A stretch of 64,000 bases of DNA from Mobula birostris. Lineage: Eukaryota. The stretch spans positions 65,250,505 through 65,314,504 of the forward strand of contig NC_092381.1 in assembly GCF_030028105.1 (NCBI RefSeq), in the 5' to 3' direction. Under the pieces are notes generated by a model, which had not been told where the DNA came from, did no database searches, and was given only the letters and a program-made list of their open reading frames with translations. Shown here piece by piece: positions 52,190 to 64,000 of this stretch. Position numbers and translations under genes: made by a program. The first letter of the stretch is position 1; every line of letters starts with the position of its first letter.

Positions 52190-54930
52190 GAGCAGCACAC
52201 ACAAAATGCTGGAGGAACTCTGCAGGTCAGGCGGCATCTTCCGAAATGAAGAAAAAGTTGATGCTTCAGGGCAAGGCCCTTCTTCAGGACTGGAAAGGAG
52301 TGGGGAAGATGCCAGAATAAAAGGGTGGGAGGAAGGGAAGGAGGATTAGCTAGAAGGCAACAAGTGAAGCCAAGTGGGTGCGAAAGGTAAAAGGTCTGGA
52401 GGAGAATCAATTAATCAGAAAGGAGAGTGGACCATGGGATAAAAGGAAGGCGGCAGGTGAAAGTCAGGTGAGAAGAAGAGGTAAGAGGCCTGAGCGGGGA
52501 ATAGAAGAGGGAAGGAGGAGGAAAAAACTATGGGAAAGAGAAATCAAAGTTCATGCCATCAGGTTGGAGGCTGCCTAGATGGAATATGAGGTATTGCTCT
52601 TCCACCCTGTTACCTGCCTCATTGTGGCAAAAGAGGAGTCCATGGACTGACATGTCGAACAGGAATGGGGTTAGGAATTTAAATGGTTGCACACCAGGAA
52701 AATACCACTTTTGGTAGATGTTATGGAGGTGCTTGACATAGAGGTCCCCCGATTTATGATGGGTTTCACCAAAGTAGAGGAGGCTGCATTGGGAACAATG
52801 GATGCAATAGACAACTCCAACAGATTTGCTGGTGAAGTATTGCCTCACCTGAAAGGACCGTTTGTGGTCCTGAATGGAGGTGAGGGAGGAGGTTGATGGG
52901 ATGTAGCATCTGTCACTTGCAGGGGTATGTGCCAGGAAGGACATTGGTAGGACATGATTCCCTGAGACAAGGGAACCATGGTGGGAACGATTTGCGTAGA
53001 AGGCGGAGAATTGGTGGGGATTGTGGAAAGCCAAAGGTGAGTTTGGTAGTAGGATCCTGTTGAAGAGGATGGTAGTTGCAGAGGATGATGGGTTGGATGT
53101 GGAGACTCATGGGGTGGAAAGTGAGGACAAAAAGAACTCAACCCTTTTCGGGCAATGGAAAGATGGGATGAGCATAGATGTCCGGGAAATGGAGAAGATA
53201 TGGGTGAAGGCAATATCAATTTGATGTCTTGGAAAGGAAAACATCATCCTGGAACAAATGTGGCAGAGATGAAGCTTTGAAGGTGTACACCTCTGATGAT
53301 CTGACAGAAATGAGAAAATGTCATCCAGAACATTACTTCAAGTGAAACTGTGACTGGATAAAGGACATTAAACTCTCTGCTTCTTTCTCAATAAAGAACC
53401 AACCAGTTCCCCTCCTCCATGTTGTAGAGCTGGTCCTCACCCTCAACTTTTCCTTCGACTCCCCCACTTTCTCCAGACTCAAGGGGTAGCCATGGGCACC
53501 TGCATGAGCCCCAGTTATGCCTGCCTTTTCCTTGGCTATGTCAAACAGTCCATGTTCCAAGCTTCCCCAGTAATGCTCCCCAACTCTTCCTCCGCTACAT
53601 TGATGACTGCATTGGTGCTGCTTCATGCATCCTTGCTGAGCTCGTCAATTTCATCAACTTTGCCTCCAACTTCCATCCTGCCCTTAAATTCACTTAGTCC
53701 ATTTCTGACAAGTCCCTTCCCTTTCTTGATCTCTGTCTCAATTTCTGGAGAAAACTGTCAACCAACATCTTTTATAAACCAACCAATTCCCACCCTAGCT
53801 CCTGTAAAAATGCCATTTCCTTTTCTCAGTTCCTTCATCTCTGCTGTACCTGTTCCCAGGATGCTTGTTTTCTTTCCAATACATCAGAGATAGCCTCCTT
53901 CTTCAAAGAACAGGGTTGTCCTTCCTCCACCTTTGATGCTGCCCTTACCCACATCTCCATTTCCCAAACATCAGTGCTCACCTCATCTTCTCACTTACTT
54001 GACAGTGATAGAGTTCCTCTTGTCCTTACCCACCACCCCATGAGCCTCCGCATCCAACACATCAACACCGCAACTTCCGTCATCTCCAAAGGGATCCTAC
54101 TGCCAAACACACCTTTACCTCCCTCCCCCTCTGCCTTCTGCATGGATCACCCACTTTGTGATTCCCTTGTCCATTCATCCCTCCCCACTAATCTCCTTCC
54201 TGACACTTATCCCTGCAAGCAGCCCATGTGGTACACCTGCCCATTCACCTCATCATCTCCATTCAGGGCCCCAAACAGTCCTTCCAGGTGAGGCAACACT
54301 TCATCTGTGAATCTGCAGAGGTTGTCTATTGTGTCCCATGCTCCTGATGTGGTGAGTTGGTGAGACTCATCGTAAATTGAGGTCTGCTTCATCGAGCACC
54401 TCCGCTCCATCCACCAAAAGTGGAACTTCCTGGTGACCAAACATTTTAATTATGATTCCCTTTCCTGTTGCGACATGCTAGTCCATGGCTTCCTCTTGTG
54501 CCATGATGAGGCCACCCTCAGGGTGGAGGAGCAACACCATATATTCTGTCTGGGTAGCCTCCAACCTGATGGCATGGATATCGATTTCTCCTTCCAGTAA
54601 GAAAATAATTTCCTTCCCACTCCCTCTTTTCCTCACTCTGGCTTCTTGCCTCTTCTCACTTGTGTATCACCTCCCCCTGGGTCCCCTCCTCCTTTCCTTT
54701 CTCCTATGTTCTATGCTCCTCTCCTATCAGATTCCTTCTTTTCTAGTCCTTTACCTTTCCCACCCACCTGGCCTCACCTATCACCCTCTAGCTCTCCTCC
54801 TTCCCCTCCCCCCCCTTTTATTCTGGCATCTTCCCCCCTCCTTTCCAGTCCTGAAGGATTAACTGTTTATTCATTTTCATAGCAGATGCCTGACCTGCTG
54901 AGTTCCTCCGGCATTTTGTTTGTATTGCTT
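52190..54930. mobile_element. Older Penelope-like element, inverted two-arm structure with RT core
   Basis: Minus arm about 52190-53270; plus arm about 53290-54930 with QTQGVAMGTCMSPSYA, LRYIDD and decayed GIY-YIG; decayed hammerheads at 52256-52291 (minus) and about 54847 (internally deleted). Confidence 0.85.
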
Positions 54931-55059
54931 AGAGATATATTGATCATTTCATATACTGACCATTCTCTGATCTATCAGGTTCCTGATGATTCTCTGTCCT
55001 CTCATCTTAAATCTATGCCTTTCAGTTCTTGATTCCCCAAGCCCGGGGAAAGTCCGTGC

Positions 55060-56025
55060 ACATTCACCCTTTCTATATCTCCTCCTCACTGACAATCAAC
55101 ATAGGCGCATCTCAAGGATTCATGTTAGCCCACTGCTCTACACTCTCTGCAGTCACGACTGTGTGGCTAGGCACAGCTCAGATACCATCTATACATTTGC
55201 TGATGACACCACTGTTGTTGGCAGAATCTCGGATGGTGATAAGGAGGCATATAGGAGTAAGATGCATTGGCTGGTTGAGTTGTGTCACAACAACAACCTT
55301 GCACTCTGGATTAGTAAGACCAAGAAACTGATCGTGAACTTCAGGAAGGGGAAGTCAGGAGAACACACACCAGTGTTCATGAAGGGCTCAGCACAGGAAA
55401 GGGTAAGCAGCTTCAAGTTCTTATTTATTAACATCTTTGAAGATCCATCTTGGGCCCAATATACTGATGCAATCACATCAGCAGCTATATCTCCTTATGA
55501 GTTTGAGGTTTTGTATGTCGCTAAAGCCCCTAGCAAATTTATACAGATGTACCGTGGAGAGCGTTCTTACTGGCTGCATCATCGTCTGGTATGGAGGGGC
55601 TACTGCACAGAATCAGAAAAAAAAGCTGCAGGAAGTTGTAACCTCAGCCAGCTCCATCATGGGCACCAGCCTCCCCAGCATCCAGGACATCTTCAAAAGG
55701 CAATGCCTCCAGAAGGTCATATCAACCATTAAGGATCCACACTGACCAGGACCTGCTCTCTTCTCATTGCTACCATTAGTGAGGAGGTACACAAGTCTGG
55801 ATACACACACTCACTGTTTAGGATCAGGTTCTTCCCCACTACAATTAGATTTCTGAACAGAACATGAACCCATGAAGACTACTTCACTTTTTACTCTCTT
55901 TGCACTACGTATTTTAAGATATTTGTTATTGTAATTTATAGTGACTTTTTAATGTATTGGACAGTACAACTGCTGTAAAACAATAGCTTTCTTGACATAT
56001 GCCAGTGATAATAAACCTGATTCTA
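55060..56025 (+). mobile_element. Rex-type LINE RT 3' fragment
   Basis: PLLYTLCSHDCVA..FADDTTVVG..KTKKLIVNFRK. Confidence 0.8.
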
Positions 56026-57442
56026 ACTGGGACTGCATAAGATCCTATGAGCATCAGCAAATACAGAGATGTATTCCATCACTATCTGTAACTTCATTCC
56101 TGGAATATCGCTTCTTCTCTTTAAGTCCATCATGCTTTCTGTGGCATAGACCACCCACAGCAGCTTACGTCCATCCTGGACCAGTCTTTCATGTCATCCC
56201 AGGTGTAGCCCATCTTCTCCCAAGAATGAAGTCTCTGGCTCTCCTGGCATTTTTTGTGGCTCTGGGTTTTTACAGGATGGGGTTGCTCACTCCATGACTA
56301 ACCATCCTCATTTTGCATCTGGGCTTGGGACTGTTCATGGTGGAGTTTGCCCAGAATATCCCTCTACCATTACTCAGGCTGGGGTATCAACCCTGGTTCA
56401 ATAAGGAGTGCAGAGGACATGCCAGTGATGATGAAAAATGCAGGGCACATACCAAAACCAGCACGCAATTAGCAGATCAGATCAAAGCTGTGCAGTTCTT
56501 TCACATCTCATCATGAATGTTGTGAAGAGGGAAACAGTTAACTGGGGAAGGAGATTCCACAAAGATCCCACTCTCAATGTCTGAGTGTTAAAGACACACT
56601 TGAAGCATTTGCAACCAAGTTCAGATCTGGAATGGATAATCTATCTCCAATTACTTATGTTGAATCACTTTCGTAGAAGTCAATCTTCAGTTAATTTATT
56701 TGACTCTCTATGACATCAAAAATGATCCAAGAGCACTGGTTATGTTGAAAGTTTCCCCAAGGCAGTACTAACAGGCAGTACTCCAGTAAGACCTGTAACT
56801 CTGAGCAATCTGAACCAAGTGATCAGCTTGCTTCCATGAGTCTGCACTCTGTCCATCATGGCCACCTGGAGCCATGTCACTCCCCTTCCCACCCCCACAC
56901 CAATATCTCTCACCAGACTTGTCCATAGTGAAGACAAATGCAAATGACAGAATCAGCACCTCACACTCACCCTGGGCAAAAAAAAAAAAAAACAAAAGAA
57001 CTTAAAGGCAATAAATATTGAATTTCTGGTAAACTGCCTCTTTTCTGGCCCTTTTTTGCCTCCTACTGATCTACCCAGTTCCTCTTACACCACCTCACAC
57101 CCCATTTCCTTCTTCCTTTCCCACTACACCTACCCGTCACCCACACACCATGCCCACAGGTTCCCTTCCCTCATTGTCCCCATCTCCCTTGCAACACAAA
57201 CAAAATACTGCATGAACTCAGCAGGCCAGGCTGTATCTATGGAAAAGATTAAACAGTCGCATTTCGGGCTGAGACTCTTTATCACAAAAAACTGTGGGTC
57301 AATTCTTTAAGAAAAATAACTAGATGGCTTGAGTTGCAAAAATTGAGGTGCTTTTATTTACCTCAAAACAAAACAAAAACTGGAAAAAAACATATATAGT
57401 CACCCTCAGACTAAACACAAAAGAAAACTAACTCCAAAGCCT

Positions 57443-59397
57443 ATCTGTATCTTGTTTTACGGCGGTTGGCATCCAGCTTAATGGTGCATTACCGCCACCC
57501 TCTGCTCCAGAATGTGCACTAGACATACATACAAAATCTATATATCTATATCCCTACACTTCACCCTCCCATCTTTGACCATCCTAGTATCCTATTCCTG
57601 TTTATTCATCATGTTCTATAAAAAAAAACCCCTGTACCCCTTAAAAACACTAAAAATACCCGGACTTGTGCTCTCTCACCCATGCCCAGCAACCCTTTTA
57701 ATGTGAATTCCTGCATCCCCAACTCCCTTAATTTATTTCTCATCATCTCTCTCTGTATCCCATACTTCCTGCAACACAAAACTACATGTTCTACTGACTC
57801 CTCTTCCTGACATTCCCCACATAATCCTGTCTGGTGTTTCCCTATCATTTTCAATGTTTTGTTTAATGCACAATGCCCCAGCCTTAACCTAGTCCACACA
57901 ATTTCCTCTCTTCTGTTTCCATTACCTACCCTAGTAACTGCAACACTCTTTTGTATTTGATATAAATGCCTCCCTTTCCCCTCCCTGTCCCATCTTTTTT
58001 GCCACATTCGGTTGACTTTTTCCCAGATCACACACTTAACCTCTGCTTTACTGATACTAATGTGCATTTCCACATTTTCTTTCTTTAACACCCTCTTTGC
58101 CAACTCATCCACCCTCTCATTCCCCTTCACCCCTACATGTGCTGGAACCCATAGAAATTTTACCTGACCTCCCTGATTTGCAATTCTTCTAACTAACTGA
58201 AGGACTTCATAAAGTACATCTTGCCAACTATTTGTGTGAAAAGACCTTAAACTTGCTAGAACTGAGGATGAATCTGAACATATCAATGCTTTGGCTTGTC
58301 TGGCTTTCTCCACCGATTGCAACGCAACCAACACTGCCAGCATCTCCACTGTAAACACCCCTAACTTATTAGATGTTCTTCTGCTGATTCCAATTTCTTT
58401 TGCTGGTATTACCACCCCAAACCCTGTCACTCCTGTTTCAGGTTCCTTCGCACTATCCGTATAAATGTGAGAATAATCACTATACTTTTCCATCACATGA
58501 CAGTTAAATGCATTTACCAAATCTGTTTTATATCTTTCTTTCCTTTTTACCTCTAACAAATGCCAGTCTATGTCAGGCCATACAAGCTTCTACGGAGCTA
58601 CAACCAGATAAACTACTGAAGGACTTATCCTCAGATCAAATACTCCACATTCTTTCATGATATCATTCCCTACCTGACTAAAGGTATCCCTCTGAAACCT
58701 CCCATTTTCCCAGCACTCCTGCAACACTCCTTTAGTAGGGTGAGAATCATTGTTCCCCTGCAAGTTAGCCCAGTAGTTTGCCATCAGTTGCATCCTTCTT
58801 AGTTCCAAAGGCATTATTCCCATTTCTACCTGTAGGGCTGACACTGGTGACATTTTAAAAGCCCCACTGCACACTCTCCAAGGCCTGAGCCTGAATCACA
58901 TCCAGTTTCCTTATAAGAGACCTAGCTGCTGATCCATATACTATATTTCCATAATCCAATACAGATCTCACTAAAGCCACATACATTCTCTTCAAAGCTG
59001 AACAACTTGCTCCCCGTTCCCTACCAGTCAAACATCTCATCACATTTATTACTTTTTTACATTTTTCCTCAACTTTCCTGATATGGTCTGCCTATATTAA
59101 TCATGAATCAAATATAACTCCCAGAAATTTAAATGATGCAACCCTTTCTAATTCAACCCCATACATTCTTAACTTCTTCCCTACCTCAACCCTTTTCCTG
59201 GTAAAAAATACAGTTTGAGTTTTATCTACTGAAAATCTACATCCCCAATCATAACCCCACTCCACCAATTCATCAATTGCTTCTTGTAGTTTCCTGATTA
59301 TATGGTCCATGTTCCTGCCTCTTTTCCACAAAGCCCCATCATCCACAAACAGTGACCTACCTATATCCACTGGTACCTTTGTGAAGACATCATTGAT
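57443..59397 (-). mobile_element. 5'-truncated I-group (Nimb-like) LINE with RT, RNase H and zinc knuckle
   Basis: LFVDD and FKFLG RT motifs; RNase H IYTD..E..CSDS..WVPAHVGVKGNERVD; C-x2-C..H..C; TSD TAACT(C/T)CAAAGCCT at 57429-57442 and 59398-59411. Confidence 0.85.
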
Positions 59398-59871
59398 TAA
59401 CTTCAAAGCCTTGCTAACCTGAGGCTTGTAACTGCTAAGCCCCTCCCCCTAGACCAACCAAAAGCTAATTAACTCAATTATCCATTTAAAGATGGTATCC
59501 TCCACCATCAGCACACCTGTGCAGGTTGCTGCTGCCTCTATGAGACAGCTCCATGCAGCAGCTCTGGTTCAGACCCAGTCACTATTACCGCTGGGGATAA
59601 GTGTTTTACCGAGTGCGCCATATGCCATCCGTAATCAGTGACAGGCCTTCATCACACCCTTCATCAGGGCTCCCATCTCCCCTCTCCTTTATTTGGTTCC
59701 ATGCTCCACTTTCCTTTCCAATCAGATTCCATCAGACTGTCTCCACCCATCACCTCCCAGTCTCTGTCACAACTTCCACTCATCCTTCCTCCATCTCCCT
59801 ATCCCCCCTCCCCACATGGCTTCTCAGCTCTGGCTCCACTCTTCCCCTTGCCTCGCTACACTGGTTATTTC

Positions 59872-59907
59872 AGTCCAGATGAAGGGTCTTGACCCAAAAC
59901 ATTGACT
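59872..59907 (+). ncRNA. Decayed hammerhead motif in an old PLE 3' remnant
   Basis: AGTC-CAGATGA-AGGGTCTTGACCC-AAAACATT-GACT; two core mutations. Confidence 0.5.
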
Positions 59908-60234
59908 GTCCACTTCCTTCGAATAGGCTGCCTGACCCACTGACTTCCCCAGCAGTTTCTTTCTCAGTTTGGTACAGTTTCAACAGTGGCATCCACTGTA
60001 CAATGTACAATGCACAGTCAAGTCAAGTGAAGTGAAGTTTATTGTCACTTAACTACATATAATGTATATAACCATATAATATACATGGAAACGCAGCAAT
60101 GTTTCTTCGAACTGTTGAACACATGTACTTTCTGTTGACAAAAATAAGGACAAATTCAATCCTGTGAAGTGAAGTCCAATTAGTCCACTCTCAATCATCA
60201 TCAAAGCAATGTAAGCTTTCATCAATAGCACCAT

Positions 60235-60578
60235 CAAGCAGAACATGTCAGAATGGGAATGAGGATAGGGATTAAAACACTGGCAACTGGGAAGTTCCAC
60301 TTTTGGTTGGTGCAGAGGAGGTGCTCGACAAAGCAGTCACCAAATTTACATCCATTTGTCTCTCCCCACTAATCTTCTTCCTGACACATATCCTTGCAAG
60401 GAACAGAAATGCTACATCTGCCCATTCATCTCCTCCTTCACTTCCATTCAGGGCCCCAAACAGTCCTTCCAGGTGAGGCAACGCTTCACCTGCAAATTTC
60501 TTGTGGTCATCTACCGTATCTGGTGTTCCTGGTGCAGCCTCTTCTACATTGGTGAGACAAGATGTAAATTGGGGGATC
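60235..60578. mobile_element. Short inverted PLE remnant (GIY-YIG)
   Basis: Minus piece 60241-60340 abuts a plus piece 60350-60575 encoding VIYRIWCSWCSLFYIGET. Confidence 0.75.
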
Positions 60579-60847
60579 TAGATGATAGTAGGCTTCTTAA
60601 AGCAGAGGGAACCACAGCCTGAAGCAGGGAGAGGTTAAAACATGCCTGCAAATACCCTGCCAACTGATCTGCACAAGGGTCTAAGGCCAAGGCCAGGGAC
60701 ACCATCTGAGCTCGATGTTTCCTGAGGGTTCACTCTTCAGAAGACTGATCATATGCCCATGATAGTGACTGCAGAAAGAGATACACTGGAGACTATCAGA
60801 GTGGGTGGTGACATCCCTTCTGTTTATAGCATACATAGAATGTGCGA

Positions 60848-60977
60848 ACACGAGGAATTCTGCAGATGCTGGAAATTCAAGCAATACACATCAAAGTTGC
60901 TGGTGAACGCAGCAGGCCAGGCAGCATCTCTAGGAAGAGGTACAGTCGACGTTTCAGGCCAAGACCCTTCGTCAGGA
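60848..60977 (-). mobile_element. Solo PLE 3'-end insertion of about 130 bp starting at the hammerhead (60944-60977)
   Basis: TSD GAA(T/C)GTGCGA at 60838-60847 and 60976-60985; intact core CTGACGA..GAAACGTC. Confidence 0.8.
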
Positions 60978-61129
60978 ACGTGCGAGTTCATTGGGAAGGG
61001 TCAAGCTGTCGTCTGCGATGCTGTCTGCCTTTATTTTCTAACCCATTATAAGGTATAATCCCCGCCACAGCTGATGGCTGCACTAAGAGTTGACCTTGGA
61101 TTTGTACTGTCCCTTAGCATCTCTGATAC

Positions 61130-62310
61130 TTTACAAAGTGGTGCCAGAAGATTGGAGGATGGCAAGAGTTGTTTCATTGTTCAAGAAGGGTCATAGGGTT
61201 AATCCTGGGAATTATCGGGCAGTGAGTTTTACGTCAGTGGTGTGCAAACTACTCGAGAGGATTCTTACGGACAGGATTTATGAGCATTTGGGGAATCGTG
61301 GATATTAAGTTCAAGTTCCAATGTAGTTTATTGCCATTCAACTAGGCACGTGTATACAGCCAAAATAAACAGCATTACTCCGGGCCATGGTACAGAACAC
61401 AGTACGTATAACTCACCCACATGACCACAAATAAATTAAATAATAAGCTGTGTATATGATACAGGTTTAAAAAGTAAACAGTAGAAGCTACTGGTGCTTC
61501 AGATGTGATTAACCTGCCTGATGAGACTCCTGCATGGTGGCAGGGAGTTCCATAGACTTATCGCTTGGGGGTAGAAGTTGTTTCCCATCCTAACAGTTCT
61601 CGTCCTAATGTTATGGTGCTGCCTACCTGATGGTAGGGGTCAGAAAGATAGAAGGCATTATTGACAATGCTACTGGGTGGAAGAGAGACCCCAATGATCC
61701 TCTCAGCAGTCCTCACAATCCTTTGTAAGGACATGCAGTCAGATGGCTTGCAATTCCCGTACCAGAGGTGCTGCAGCTGGTTAGGACCCTCCTGATGGTG
61801 TGCTGTAAAAATTGGAAAAAATTGTGGTTGTGGGGGGGAATGGGAGCCTCGCTTGCCCTCAAGCTCCTCAGGAAGTGGAGATGCTGCTGTGATTTCTTGA
61901 CCAAAGAGGCGGTGTTCAAGGACCAGCAAGATTGTCTGTTATCTGCACTCCTCAGAGGAGTCATGTATGTGCAGTGAGGAGTGGAGGGTCAGCGTGTCTA
62001 TGTGAGGGCCAGCACCCTTTTTCCAGGGTGGCAATGACCAATACAAGAGGATATGCATTGTGAGTGGAGGAACGTTTAGGGGAGATATAAGTGGTAGCAA
62101 ATTTTATTTTACACAGAAAGTGATGGCTGCCTGGAATACACTGCCGGGGACTGTTGTACAATAAGGACACTTAAAAGACTCTTAGATAGGCAAATGGGTG
62201 TAAGAAAAATGGAGGGTTATGGGCTGTGTAGGAGGGAAGGTGATAGATTGATCACGGTGTAGGGTTATATTGTTTGGCACAACACTGTAGGCTGAAAGGC
62301 CTATACTGTT
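61130..62310. mobile_element. Plus-strand CR1 fragments (61130-61305, 62015-62310) around a minus-strand Rex-type fragment (61310-61980)
   Basis: VPEDWRMARV..NYRAVSFTS; LVKKSQQHLHFLRSL; LQRIVRTAERIIG. Confidence 0.7.
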
Positions 62311-62639
62311 CTATATATCTATTGTGCTTTCCCAAACTTTAAAATAAACCATTTTAAGACATTATGTGAAACTTTTTGTAGTACTTATAAGAGTACACAA
62401 ATTTGATTTAACTTTGAATTTTATGCAACCCTGTGTTCAGTGAAAGGTCTTGGTCTGAAACATCAACTCTTTATTCCTCTTTATAGATGCTGCCTGATCT
62501 GCTGAGTTCCTCCAGCATCTTGTGTGTGCAAATGCTTCAAAGAACTTTTTTTCCCTGCATGAAATACTCTAAACCTATAGAGAGAAGATTAAAAGAAGCA
62601 TTATAAATTTATAACATCTCAGCACTATCCTAGCCCAAA

Positions 62640-63830
62640 GATATATTTAACTGAAGTTTATCATGATGTCAGGATGCTGTTCATTGACTATTCTCAGGAT
62701 TTAATACCATCACTCCCACAATCCTGATTGAGGAGTTGCAGAATCTGAGCCTCTGCAATTGGATCCTTGACTTCCTAGATGGAAGACCACAATCTGTGCA
62801 GATTGGTGATAACTTCTCCTCCTCGCTGATGATCACCATGGGTGCTCCTCAAGGGTGCGTGCTTAGCCCACTGCTCTACTCTCTATATACACATGACTGT
62901 GTGGCTAGGCACAGCTCAAATACCATCTATAAATTAGCTGATGATAAAACCATTGCTGGTAGAATCTCTGATGATGACGAGACGGCGTACAGGAGTGAGG
63001 TATGCCAACTAGTGGAGTGGTGTCGCAGCAACAACCTGACACTCAACGTCAGACGAAAGAGCTGACTGTGGACTTCCAGAAGGGTAAGATGAAGGAACGC
63101 ATACCAATCCTCATAGAGGGATCAGAAGTGGAGAGAGTGAGCAGTTTCAAGTTCCTGGGTGTCAAGATCTCTGAGGATCTAACCTGGTTCTAACATATTG
63201 ATACAGTTATAAAGAAGGCAAGACAGCAGCTATACTTCATAAGGAGTCTGAAAAGATTTTATTATCTCAACAAATACACTCAAAAACTTCTATAGTTGTA
63301 CCGTGGAGAGCATTCTGCCAGGCTGCATCACTGTCTGGTATGGAGGGGCTACTGCACAGGACCGAAAGAAGCTGCAGAAGGTTGTAAATTTAGTCGGCTC
63401 CATCTTGGGTACTAGCCCACAAAGTACCCAGGACATCTTCAGGGAATGGTGTCTCAGAAAGGCAGCGTCCATTATTAAGGACCTCCAGCACCCAGGGAAT
63501 GCCCTTTTCTCACTGTTACCATCAGGCAGGAGGTACAGAAGCCTGAAGACACACACTCAGTGATTCAGGAGCAGCTTCTTCCCCTCTGCCATCGAATTCC
63601 TAAGTGGACATTGAACCCTAGGACACTACCTCACCTTTTTTATATATATTATTTCTGTTTTCTGCACGATTTTAATCTATTCAATATACGTATACTGTAA
63701 TTGATTTACTTATTATTATTATTTTACTTTGTTTTTTTTCTTCTATATTATATATTGCATTGAACTGCTGCTGCTATGTTAACAAATTTCACAGCACAGG
63801 CTGGTGATAATAATTCTGATTCTGATTCTG
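62640..63830 (+). mobile_element. Rex-type LINE RT 3' half
   Basis: [33 protein letters not shown]; (TTCTGA)n tail. Confidence 0.85.
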
Positions 63831-64000
63831 ACTTATAGCGACGAAACATCCAAATATTCAGCCAGTTCTCTTTCTGGCCACTGGAGGGGGTGCAGGATGC
63901 ACAAGGGATGATGTTGGAGGCTGCAGATGTTGACTGGAAGCAAGGAACAGAGAAAGGCATGCTTAGCTTAACTTATATTGTCTATCGATAAAATTATACT

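Overview
Repeat-rich vertebrate genomic DNA, probably a cartilaginous fish (inferred from the V-SINE, CR1, Rex and Penelope content). One host gene is well supported: phosducin (PDC) on the minus strand, with three coding exons (23199-23127, 21683-21526, 18862-18335) giving 252 aa. Most of the rest is nested retroelements: CR1 LINEs (one near full-length), Rex/Babar-type LINEs, an RNase H-bearing I-group/Nimb-like LINE, V-SINEs, a Tigger-like MITE, a Gypsy fragment, a decayed class I (epsilon-like) ERV and an RBM25 retrocopy fragment. The most interesting signal is a set of Penelope-like elements (PLEs). Their 3' ends carry minimal type I hammerhead ribozyme motifs of two sequence families. 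Several insert as inverted two-arm modules with 11-14 bp target-site duplications (TSDs), and one has five reiterated copies of a 28-nt piece of its own RT-coding sequence at the inversion junction. The ERV also appears to carry a decayed 2H-phosphoesterase domain between protease and RT. PLE-associated hammerheads are a known phenomenon, so any novelty lies in the architecture. Family names come from motif recognition, not database searches, and boundaries of old repeats are approximate.
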